Source of the DNA: Octopus sinensis
Lineage: Eukaryota
NCBI RefSeq assembly: GCF_006345805.1
Contig: NC_043019.1
Location: 27,155,360 to 27,219,359 of the forward strand
DNA: 64,000 bases
Direction of reading: 5' to 3'
Position numbers and translations under genes: made by a program. Below, in pieces: positions 13,200-24,553 of this stretch. Below the pieces are notes generated by a model. That model searched no databases. It saw nothing but the letters and a program-made list of their open reading frames with translations, and was not told where the DNA came from. Every line of letters starts with the position of its first letter. The first letter of the stretch is position 1.

Positions 13200-13490
13200 C
13201 CTTACCTTATTAGGAACGTTTCCTTCGGTTGATTATACGATGTTTCTTCAATTCACTTTCGATTTTAAAATCTCCGTCATTCGGCGAAATGACTCCTCAG
13301 TAGGGGTTTTCTTCATTTCCGTACTTTTGGTTTCCCTCTCTTTCCAGTAGCCAATAGTCAATGGTTTTTATACAGAGATCCATTCTAATATTTTTATGGC
13401 CTTTCCTTGCTTTACCTCTATCATTGCACATTTCTCAATTCCGAAGGCCATCCGAGCATCATGACCAAATTTCCACAGACCAGGGGGAAT
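13200..13490 (-). mobile_element. Degenerate R4/Dong-like reverse transcriptase fragment
   Basis: Minus-strand translation FGHDARMAFGIEKCAMIEVKQGK and EE.FRRM.EILKSK resemble the MxFGLxKC...EYxRRxxxILKSKL region of R4/Dong RT. Confidence 0.5.
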
Positions 13491-13534
13491 CACACGCATA
13501 ACAAAACAATAAACTACATGATATATAATTTAAT

Positions 13535-13848
13535 TGTGGAGGCGCAATGGCCCAGTGGTTAGGGCAGCGGACTCGCGGTCGTAGGATCGCGGTTTCGATT
13601 CCCAGACCAGGCGTTGTGAGTGTTTATTGAGCGAAAACACCTAAAGCTCCACGAGGCACCGGCAGGAGGTAGTGGCGAACCCTGCCGTACACTTTCGCCA
13701 CAACTTTCTCTCACTCTTTCTTCTGTTAGCCTGCTCGCTTAGCCAGCGGACTGGCGTCATTTGAAGGCTAAAACAATGCGAAGCTCATTGTGACCAGCGA
13801 TGTGTAGCAACATCTGATAGCCTGGTCGGTCACGGTGATCACGGTGAT
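13535..13848 (+). mobile_element. SINE family C (tRNA-Arg-like head, possibly octopus OR-type)
   Basis: Head GGAGGCGCAATGGCCCAGTGGTTAGGGCAGCGGACTCGCGGTCGTAGGATCGCGGTTTCGATTCCC with TCG anticodon-like loop. TSD about ATATAATTTAAT. Other copies at 22185-22345(-), 47870-48145(-) and 58150-58298(-). Confidence 0.8.
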
Positions 13849-14551
13849 ATAATTTAATTACTAAACACGCGCACTCGGGATTTGAACTCAGAACATAAAG
13901 ACGGACGAAATGTCAGTAAATATTTTGTCCAGAATGCCAACAATTCTGTCGGCTCACCAAGGCCTGTTCCGTTGGTCGCATCAACTGAAAAACTTGTCAT
14001 CATAACCAATGGAGTGTCAGCGAATACCTTCTCCTAAAAAATGCTCATTGAATCCAGAGCCATAGGTTGGGAAGTAAACTTCTAAGCAAATAGCTAAGGC
14101 CGCGCCTATAAATTCTATTCTCTTTATCTTTTACTTGTTTCAGTCATTAGACTGCAGCCATAATAATTCAAAGTGAATAACTCTGAAAAGGGCTTTTGGG
14201 TGTTCCCAGAGAATATTATCCTCAAGGGAACTAGTGTTGGTATATTCGTGAATAAGTCACTAACCAAAATAAGTAGATCTATTGTTTAGGAAAATACTAT
14301 TTACTTGTGTAAGGGTTGTACTGGATAAATTGGGAAAATAACTCAGTTCAAATACTAAAAAATAAGCATACTCAATTTCATTTTTACCAAATAAATTAGG
14401 AAAATGAATGGGTTGTTTCCCTTGGCTATATATAAAGATTCCTTCCAGGGGCGAATGTATTATTTCCCTTGGTTTTTAAAATATATAACGATTCCTTCCA
14501 GGGGTGCCATTATGGATTTTTCAACATCTGAGTATGCCATGAGATTTCCAG

Positions 14552-14582
<31 letters not shown>

Positions 14583-14624
14583 GAGTGGGGAAGGAGATCA
14601 AAACAGGTTGAGTCAGACTCCTTA

Positions 14625-14948
14625 GTACTCTGGGTTTCAAGCGTGTGGCTAGGCTTCAACCACTGTATCTTGTGAGTGGAGTTGGTAGACGGAAACTGAA
14701 AGAAGCCCGTCGTATATGCATATATATATGTATGTCTGTGTATACGTTTGTATGTCTGTGTTTGTCCCCCCAACATCGCTTGACAACCGATGCTTGTGTG
14801 TTTACGTCCCCGTAACTTAGCGGTTCGGCAAAAGAAACCGATAGAATAAGTACTAGGCTTACAAAGAATAAGTCCTGGGAGTCGATTTGCTCGACTAAAG
14901 GCGGTGCCTCAGCATGACCACAGTCAAATGACTAAAACAAGTAAAAGA

Positions 14949-14950
<2 letters not shown>
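14625..14950 (+). mobile_element. SINE family A copy
   Basis: Consensus match with degenerate head. Confidence 0.8.
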
Positions 14951-14984
<34 letters not shown>

Positions 14985-14985
<1 letters not shown>

Positions 14986-15805
14986 GGTTATAAAATGAGA
15001 TAGGGGTTGAAAATTCAACCCACCATGGGATAATATATATCCAATATACTGCTAGATAGGTACCCAACAAAATTAATACATAGATGTTAAAAATTGTCAA
15101 ACAATCAGTTCATCTATTGCATTATATGGGTAAAGGTAATAATATTACCGTAAATTAATACTACAAAATTAGAGAATGGAGAAATATACTTAAATCAGTA
15201 AAACATCAACTATCCGATGATACTCAATCCATACTTTAATACAACATTACATATGAGTAAAGGCAATACACAAAATGAAATGAGATATACAGTAATAGTA
15301 AAAAGATAAAGAGATATAAGTAAAAATTTTCAAATATAATATGCAAATAAATCAAAACTGACAGCTGTTTCGGCAGTGAGGACAGTCATACCTCATTTAA
15401 CCTATAAGCCATAAGGCAGGTATAAATGAGGCATTAACAAGGATGCCCCACGGCCTCTTCAGAGAATTAAATTAAATTTGTTATAATAGTGAAAAATATT
15501 ATACAATCATATACATATAAATATAAAAATAAAAATGTAAAATATAAAAAACTATTACATCATAAAGCTACACTTATATAATATAATACACATTTGTACA
15601 AAAAAGGAAGGTAAACAGAACAAAATAAACAAAATATATAATAGTGTATATATTAATATCAATAAGTACCGATATTATACATATTTGGCTAATAGTTTTT
15701 TATATATATAAAAAAAAGGCTAACATATATGGAGATGAAAAATAATAATAAATCCGTGGTACAGTTCATAAGATTCTAAAGCTATAAAAGTTAATAAAAA
15801 TTACT

Positions 15806-15885
<80 letters not shown>

Positions 15886-17491
15886 TATATAATAAAAAAT
15901 AGATACAGTTAAGTTAGCACCAAGTCCATCCTTACAAGATCGAAATAACTATGAGTAAGAAATGCTGACCACTAGGTAAAGAAAATATAGATTAATTCGA
16001 TTGGCTATTGGTTTGAAATTTAAATCACAAAAGAAAATTATACGGTTGGTTAGTCAGGGAACGCCAATATTCACACACGCATCTACAGATCAATCGCACA
16101 TACACACATAGTAATATGTATATGCATACACTTATACACATACATAATTACAAGCAACAACTAGCACATAGATAAACAAAAAGGAAGCAACTATGCTACA
16201 ATTTAGTCCTTCAAAATTATAATTGTGCCTCAATAATAAAAGAAGAACCATCCATGCATTCCATAAAATATTTAATTTAGATATAAATATTTTTAAATAT
16301 CAGTATATTACTAAGTCAGATACTTATTACATGGGTAACTTAAAGTTTATAACACCGGTTTGTTGCAGAGTAAAACATACGGTTGTTAGATTTATCGTGA
16401 GTTTGTTATGGTTTTAAGTACGCTAAATTATAAAATATAAAATATAAAATATATATTAATTTAAATATTATAAATAAGTCACTTATTAACTTAATAAATA
16501 TAGTGCCATAATATACCAGTTTAGGCATTAAAGAATAGAAGGGGAAGTATTAATGTAAACGCTTATGAGAACATCATAGAAATTTTAAATAAATTATATT
16601 ATAAAGACTTAAGATGAAAAGAGATAAAATAATAAGAAGGAATAAATACGAAGGAATAAATACGGTTATACACATAATTATAAGTACAAACCAGTATATA
16701 TGTATTCATATATTATTAAAATTAAATAAAAATAAATGATAGATATGTATGTATAAAACTACCCCAGTATAAGTAAATAAGTAAAAAATAAATAGGTAGA
16801 AATTAGATGATGTTTATGTATGTAAAATCTACACTTAAATAGGCAAATAAATAAATAAAAGAAGACTAGATGCAAAAATTGATAATATTACAATAAAATG
16901 GAAAATAAATAAAAAATAATAAATAGAGTGAATATATATGTTATATTGTTGAAAGTAAATATGTATGGAAGGATAGTTTAAAGTACAGATCCAGAGTATA
17001 GATATAAACTAAATATATGAGGCTGGTAATAATTATAAAGCATAATGCATGTAAATGAGAAAATGAAAAAAATGAAAAAGGTTTATCAGTGAATAGCATA
17101 AGATACAAATTAAGGTGAGTACAAAAAGACCAAATATACAATAAAAACCTTCCAAATAAACACATACAAAAAACCTATAATCTCAACCTAAACCCACCAA
17201 ACTCACAAAAGGCTCTCATATATTACATATTATACAATATCATTACATTATCCAGAGCTAGGTATCTACCTGCCGAAACAGCTGTCAGTTTTGATTTATT
17301 TGCATATTATATTTGAAAATTTTTTACTTATATCTCTTTATCTTTTTACTATTACTGTATATCTCATTTCATTTTGTGTATTGCCTTTACTCATATGTAA
17401 TGTTGTATTAAAGTATGGATTGAGTATCATCGGATAGTTGATGTTTTACTGATTTAAGTATATTTCTCCATTCTCTAATTTTGTAGTATTA
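14985..17491 (-). mobile_element. AT-rich non-autonomous element with 221-bp inverted arms and a hammerhead ribozyme (Penelope-like/retrozyme-like)
   Basis: Arms 15156-15376 and 17270-17491 are reverse complements apart from a 1-nt T-run difference. The terminal segment 14985-15085 recurs at 27960-28060. No ORF recognised. Confidence 0.6.
15352..15470 (-). ncRNA. Type I hammerhead ribozyme motif with extended stem II
   Basis: Minus strand: CTGAAGA-GGCCGTGGGGCA...TGTCCTCACTGCC-GAAA-C-AGCT-G-TC. Canonical core, G10.1-C11.1 pair, GUC cleavage triplet (15362-15360), palindromic stem III loop. Stem I is weak. Confidence 0.65.
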
Positions 17492-17708
17492 TATATATAT
17501 ATATATATTTATATATATGGCGAGAGAGGCCATTGACTAACAGGTTTTTAGAGTCTGAACAAACTCTGTAAAGCTAAACGCTTTATGAATGTCAAACCCA
17601 AGGTAGTTCCATAGGCCGACATATCTGTCTTTATCTATATACTCTACTGGTCTATAACCTAGAGTCTGCTACTATTCCGGAAGCCTGATTTACGGCATAT
17701 ATATATAT

Positions 17709-17762
<54 letters not shown>

Positions 17763-17814
17763 GTGTGTGTTATATATATATATATATACGTATATATATA
17801 CGTATATATGTATG

Positions 17815-17849
<35 letters not shown>

Positions 17850-18349
17850 AAATGACGAGTTTCTTTATGTTTCCGTCTACCAAATCGATTCACAAAGCTT
17901 TGGTCGGCCCGAGGCTATAGTTGTAGAAGATACTTGCCCAAGGTGCCGCGCAGTGGGACTGAACCCCACCCCGAAAGCAAGCTTCTTACCACACAGCCAC
18001 ACCTACCCTAGTATATATATGTTTTGGGGTTACTTTTTTCTACAAAATACATCTTTGGTTTGTTCTTGAATCGTGAAAAAAACTGTTTTGCCAAATTACG
18101 CCTAACTAATTGCAAGGTGTGTTTTCTGAGTCCTTGATTGATTGAATGGGTTAGTTGTTAACAGCCTAGGTAGACTTAGGTCAATGTAATCGTCTGCTCC
18201 TCTTCCTTTGTATGACCTTCTCACTTGAAAATATTTCTCACAATATTTTTATTTACTTTGAATACTTCGGCTTACCTAACCAGTTTTTCATCTTCTTAAT
18301 TTCACACCTATACATACATAAACTTGCTTAGTATTGTCTTCATATACAT

Positions 18350-18384
<35 letters not shown>

Positions 18385-18398
18385 CACACACACACAAC

Positions 18399-18447
<49 letters not shown>

Positions 18448-18792
18448 GTAGATACGTACACAATACATATATACTCAATTACTACATGCAAACATACATT
18501 CTTGCATACATGCATGCAAAAGTGTTAGTCAAACCCACGATATGAGGGAAAGTTATTTGGCACGCACACACACACACATAAACACATACACACACACATA
18601 CGTAGATACACACACAATACATACGCACAATCACTACATGCATACATACATAAACACACACATAAATACATACATACATAAATACGTACGTACATACAAA
18701 CATACAAACATACATACATACATACATACGTACGTACGTACATACATACATAGACACACACACATACATACATACACACATACATACATACA

Positions 18793-18824
<32 letters not shown>

Positions 18825-19005
18825 CATTCTTACATACATACAAAAGTGTGTCAGGTAAACCCACGACGAGGGAAAGTTATTTGGCACGTACACACCCAAA
18901 CACACACACACTAATTCATATAAACATAAACACCATAAGCTGTCTTCAACAAAGGAGCCTTGCTACGCTCTAACGTATCAACTTGAAATAAACTTAGACA
19001 AACGC

Positions 19006-21208
19006 CAAGGCGGCGAACTGGCAGAAACGTTAGCGCGCCGGGCGAAATGCTTAGCGGTATTTCTTTTGCCGCTACGTTCTGAGTTCAAATTCCGCCGAGG
19101 TCGACTTTGCCTTTCATCCTTTCGGCGTTGATTAAATAAATACCACTTACGCACTGGGGTCGATGTCATCGACTTAATCCCTTTCTCTGTCCTTGTTTGT
19201 CCCCTCTATGTTTAGCCCCTTGTGGGTAGTAAAGAAATAGGTATTTTGTCTGCCGCTACGTTCTGAGTTCAAATTCCGCCGAGGTCGACTTTGCCTTTCA
19301 TCCTTTCGGGGTTGATTAAATAAGTACCACTTACGCACTGGGGTCGATGTCATCGACTTAATCCCTTTCTCTGTCCTTGTTTGTCCCCTCTATGTTTAGC
19401 CCCTTGTGGGTAGTAAAGAAATAGGTATTTCGTCTGCCGCTATTCCGCCGAGGTCGACTTTGCCTTTCATCCTTTCGGGGTTGATTAAATAAGTACCACT
19501 TACGCACTGGGGTCGATGTCATCGACTTAATCCCTTTCTCTGTCCTTGTTTGTCCCCTCTATGTTTAGCCCCTTGTGGGTAGTAAAGAAATAGGTATTTT
19601 GTCTGCCGCTACGTTCTGAGTTCAAATTCCGCCGAGTCGACTTTACCATTCATCCTTTCGGGGTCGATTAAATAAGTACCATTTACGCACTGGGGTCGAT
19701 GTCATCGACTAATCCCTTTCTCTGTCCTTGTTTTGTCCTCTATGTTTAGCCCCTTGTGGGTAGTAAAGAAATAGGTATTTTGTCTGCCGCTACGTTCTGA
19801 GTTCAAATTCCGCCGAGGTCGACTTTGCCTTTCATCCTTTCGGGGTTGATTAAATAAGTACCACTTACGCACTGGGGTCGATGTCATCGACTTAATCCCT
19901 TTCTCTGTCCTTGTTTTCCCCTCTATGTTTAGCCCCTTGTGGGTAGTAAAGAAATAGGTATTTTTTGTCTGCCGCTACGTTCTGAGTTCAAATTCCGCCG
20001 AGGTCGACTTTACCATTCATCCTTTCGGGGTCGATTAAATAATTACCACTTACGCACTGGGGTCGATGTCATCGACTTAATCCCTTTCTCTGTCTTGTTT
20101 GTCCCCTCTATGTTTAGCCCCTTGTGGGTAGTAAAGAAATAGGTATTTTGTCTGCCGCTACGTTCTGAGTTCAAATTCCGCCGAGGTCGACTTTACCATT
20201 CATCCTTTCGGGGTCGATTAAATAAGTACCACTTACGCACTGGGGTCGATGTCATCGACTTAATCCCTTTCTCTGTCCTTGTTTGTCCCCTCTATGTTTA
20301 GCCCCTTGTGGGTAGTAAAGAAATAGGTATTTTGTCTGCCGCTACGTTCTGAGTTCAAATTCCGCCGAGGTCGACTTTACCATTCATCCTTTCGGGGTCG
20401 ATTAAATAAGTACCACTTACGCACTGGGGTCGATGTCATCGACTTAATCCCTTTCTCTGTCCTTGTTTGTCCCCTCTATGTTTAGCCCCTTGTGGGTAGT
20501 AAAGAAATAGGTATTTTGTCTGCCGCTACGTTCTGAGTTCAAATTCCGCCGAGGTCGACTTTACCATTCATCCTTTCGGGGTCGATTAAATAAGTACCAG
20601 TTACGCACTGGGGTCGATGTCATCGACTTAATCCCTTTCTCTGTCCTTGTTTGTCCCCTCTATGTTTAGCCCCTTGTGGGTAGTAAAGAAATAGGTATTT
20701 TGTCTGCCGCTACGTTCTGAGTTCAAATCCGCCGAGGTCGACTTTGCCTTTCATCCTTCGGTTGATTATAAGTACCACTTACGCACTGGGGTCGATGTCA
20801 TCGACTTAATCCCTTTCTCTGTCCTTGTTTGTCCCCTCTATGTTTAGCCCCTTGTGGGTAGTAAAGAAATAGGTATTTCGTCTGCCGCTATTCCGCCGAG
20901 GTCGACTTTGCCTTTCATCCTTTCGGGGTCGATTAAATAAGTACCACTTACGCACTGGGGTCGATGTCATCGACTTAATCCCTTTGTCTGTCCTTGTTTG
21001 TCCCCTCTATGTTTAGCCCCTTGTGGGTAGTAAAGAAATAGGTATTTCGTCTGCCGCTATTCCGCCGAGGTCTACTTTGCCTTTCATCCTTTCAGGGTCG
21101 ATTAAATAAGTACCAGTTACGCACTGGGGTCGATGTCATCGACTTAATCCCTTTGTCTGTCCTTGTCTGTCCCCTCTATGTTAGCCCCTTGTGGGCAATA
21201 AAGAAATA
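19006..21208 (+). repeat. Head-to-tail tandem array of SINE family B: one full head plus 12 body units of about 184 bp (about 169 bp in three)
   Basis: Counted 12 ...AAAGAAATA unit ends (about 19240, 19424, 19592, 19773, 19956, 20141, 20325, 20509, 20693, 20871, 21040, 21208). Each junction restarts at GGTATTT. Confidence 0.92.
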
Positions 21209-21294
21209 AGAAATAAATATAAATATACTGTTGAGCATAAAGCCGTGCGGACAGATATACAAAACACATGCGGCTTGGTATAAAAACGTCCATG

Positions 21295-21847
21295 CGAGGG
21301 GGCGCTGTAAAGTTCCTGGCTTTGGTTAAAAGAAAATACAGGAGGATCAGTTAATTATGATTTTATTCAACATATTCCGCACTCAGGTTTACACACCTGT
21401 TGCAGCAGTCCTTCAGTTTTTCTAAGCTCTGTAAAAAAACTCGGAAGGTTGGGCTTCCAACCAGGCTTTCGCAACACCCTTAACAACAGGAGTGAGGGCG
21501 CGTGGCTTAGTGGTTAGGGCATTCGGCTCATGATCGTAAGGTTGTGAGTTCGATTCCCGGCGACGCGTTGTGTCCTTGAGCAAGATACTTTATTTCACGT
21601 TGCTCCAGTCCACTCAGCTGGCAAAAATGAGTTGTACTTGTATTTCAAAGGGTCAGCCTTGTCACTCTCTGTGTCACGCTGATTATCCCCGAGAACTACG
21701 TTAAGGGTACACGTGTCTGTGGAATGCTCAGCCATTTGCACGTTAATTTCACGAGCAAGCTGTTCCGTTGATCGTATCAGCTGGGACCCTCGTCGTCGTA
21801 ACCGGCGGAGTCTTTAAGAACAACAGGAACTTTTCATCACCCTCTCG
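21295..21847. mobile_element. Mariner-like MITE interrupted by a SINE
   Basis: TIRs CGAGGGGGCGCTGTAAAGTTCCTG and CAGGAACTTTTCATCACCCTCTCG. SINE inserted at 21494-21811 with AACAACAGGA duplicated. Confidence 0.7.
21494..21811 (+). mobile_element. SINE family D (tRNA-like head plus TGTGTCCTTGAGCAAG...CACTCAGCTG core-like domain)
   Basis: A and B boxes (TGGCTTAGTGG, GTTCGATTCC). Related copies at about 32470-32565(-), 37056-37390, 40385-40640 and 57930-58135(-). Confidence 0.75.
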
Positions 21848-21944
21848 TTCGAATATATATATAGCTCTCCTGTTTTTTAAAAAACATTATTCTTCTACTT
21901 TTACTACTTCCGTCTTTTAGTATGTGACCTCGTCTGTATCACTA

Positions 21945-22130
21945 GCGATTTTTTTCCCCTGTTTTCCCCTTCTCGGGATCTTTCCTTCTCCTATGTTTCC
22001 GACGAAGAGCTCCGCTCGAAACGTCAAACCCTCCTTCTTCCCTTCTTTCCTGAGCGTCCAATAATACTTTATTTGTTCCACGTCCTTGCGTTGTGTTTTT
22101 GTTTTTGTTTTCTTGTTTGGATTAACTTAT
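21945..22130 (+). mobile_element. Solo Penelope-like pseudo-LTR fragment with minimal hammerhead-like motif (21995-22029)
   Basis: GTTT-CCGACGA-A-GAGC(TCC)GCTC-GAAAC-GTC-AAAC. Second copy of the 6240 element. Confidence 0.6.
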
Positions 22131-22134
22131 ATAT

Positions 22135-22180
<46 letters not shown>

Positions 22181-22341
22181 CAGGGATCGCACCACCCCCT
22201 GCCAGCAGGGATCGCCACCACCCCCTGCCAGAGCCTCGTGGAGCTTTAGGCGTTTTCGCTCAATAAACACCCGGTCTGGGAATCGAAACGCGACACTACG
22301 ACCGCGAGTCCGCTGCCCTAACCACTGGGCCATTGTGCCTC

Positions 22342-22473
<132 letters not shown>

Positions 22474-22476
22474 TAG

Positions 22477-22525
<49 letters not shown>

Positions 22526-22544
22526 GTATATATATATATATATA

Positions 22545-22598
<54 letters not shown>

Positions 22599-23234
22599 TG
22601 TGTGTGGTGTGTATGTACACAATGGACTTCTTTCAGTTTCTGTCCACCTAATCCACTCACAAAGCTTTGGTCTGCTCGGGGCTTGAAGACACATGCCAAA
22701 GGTGCCACGCAGTGGAACTGAACCCAGAACCATGTGGTTGAGAAGCAATACTTCTTACTCCATAGTCATGTGTATGTGCGCACACACACACACGCATATA
22801 GTGACATAAACATATATTTATTTAGAAAGCCAACTATTTGAAACCCCCACCTGGACGATCTCAGCAAGTATTGCCTAATGCGTCATAGTAATTTCGTCCC
22901 AATCCTCAATGCTGCTTGCTTAAAACCTTTCATGCTTCACTAGATTTCAAAGGAACACCATCGCTGCATTCCACAAATTCCTTCCTAAGAAAAACTACTG
23001 AAGATCAGATTGTCAACTCTTCAGTGTCTTGTCGAGCGTCTTTACTCAACCATTAAACCTAAATTTAGTTGCTGTTTCTGCTCTTTCCCCGAGTTTTTTA
23101 TATTGCTTGTTTTGCATCAAGTCATTCGCGGCAGCCATTGTAATTTGCTTACCGAAACACTTCAAAACACAAACGCACACATACACACACAAAAATTATA
23201 TAGATAGATAAATAGACAGACAGACAGACAGACA

Positions 23235-23368
<134 letters not shown>

Positions 23369-23558
23369 CAGACTGACAGACAGATATATAAATAAATAGA
23401 TAGATAAGCCTTTTTTTCTGTCGAGGGCTTATATGCCCCTTTATTAGACTATTTTCCTTAGTCATTGCACGGTGATCGCCGTAAGCTTTAAGCTTAAATA
23501 AAAAATACCATTATTATTATTATTTACAGGATACACACCACACACCACACACACAACC

Positions 23559-23602
<44 letters not shown>

Positions 23603-23617
23603 ATATAATATATATTG

Positions 23618-24012
23618 GCTGTGTGGTAAGTAGGTTGCTTACCAACCACGTGGTTCTGGGTTCAGTTCCACTGCGTGGGACCTTGAGCAAGAATCTTCTA
23701 CTATAGTCTCGGGCCGACTAAAGCCTTGTGAGTGGATTTGGTAGACGGAAACTGAAAGAAGCCCGTCGTATATATGTATATATGAGTGTTGTGTGTTTGT
23801 TCCCCCCCCCCACACACACACACACAAACACAACATCGCCGATGCAGGTGTGTTTACGTCACCGTAAATTAGCGGTTCGGCAAAAAAAAAAAGATAGAAT
23901 AAGTACTAGGCTTACAAAGAATAAGTCCTGGGGTCGATTTGCGCGACTAAAGGCGGTGCTCCAGCATGGCCACAGTCAAATGGCTAAAACAAGTAAAAGA
24001 ATACAAGAGTAA
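23618..24012 (+). mobile_element. SINE family A copy
   Basis: Full consensus. Confidence 0.85.
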
Positions 24013-24051
24013 GAGTGTGTGTGTGTGTGTGTTAATGTATGTTAATGTATG

Positions 24052-24098
<47 letters not shown>

Positions 24099-24471
24099 GT
24101 TCGTCTATCTTCCTGCCTCTAGACTTTCACTCCACACACTGTTAGTCGAAAGAAACCTGTTGTTATTTTCTTAATGTCTGTATTTGTAATTGAATAACAT
24201 TTTCTCCGGGGTTTTTTCGTTTTTTTTTTGTTTTGGTTTTTGTCTTTGTTGTCGTACACATTCACTTGCTTTCTCTCAAAATATTCAATGCTCGTAGGTT
24301 AGATTTTTGTGGGCCAGCTAGATTTGAACAGTCTCAAGTGTAACAGGCCGAAACTGTAAGGAAAATCTGGAAACTTGGCTGAAGAGAGGAAGGCTACGAA
24401 TGGCCCGTTTTGTTTTGTCCTGTCCGTCTTCGTATCGCCTATTATCGTCTGTTGCGTTCTTGTTCCATATT

Positions 24472-24549
<78 letters not shown>

Positions 24550-24553
<4 letters not shown>

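Noticed and set aside
13535-13610. tRNA-Arg gene
   Set aside because: The tRNA-like head continues into a repeated SINE body with a TSD, and the acceptor stem is not intact.
19006-21208. tRNA gene cluster or CRISPR array
   Set aside because: Units are SINE bodies with only a B-box remnant. No cloverleaf and no unique spacers.
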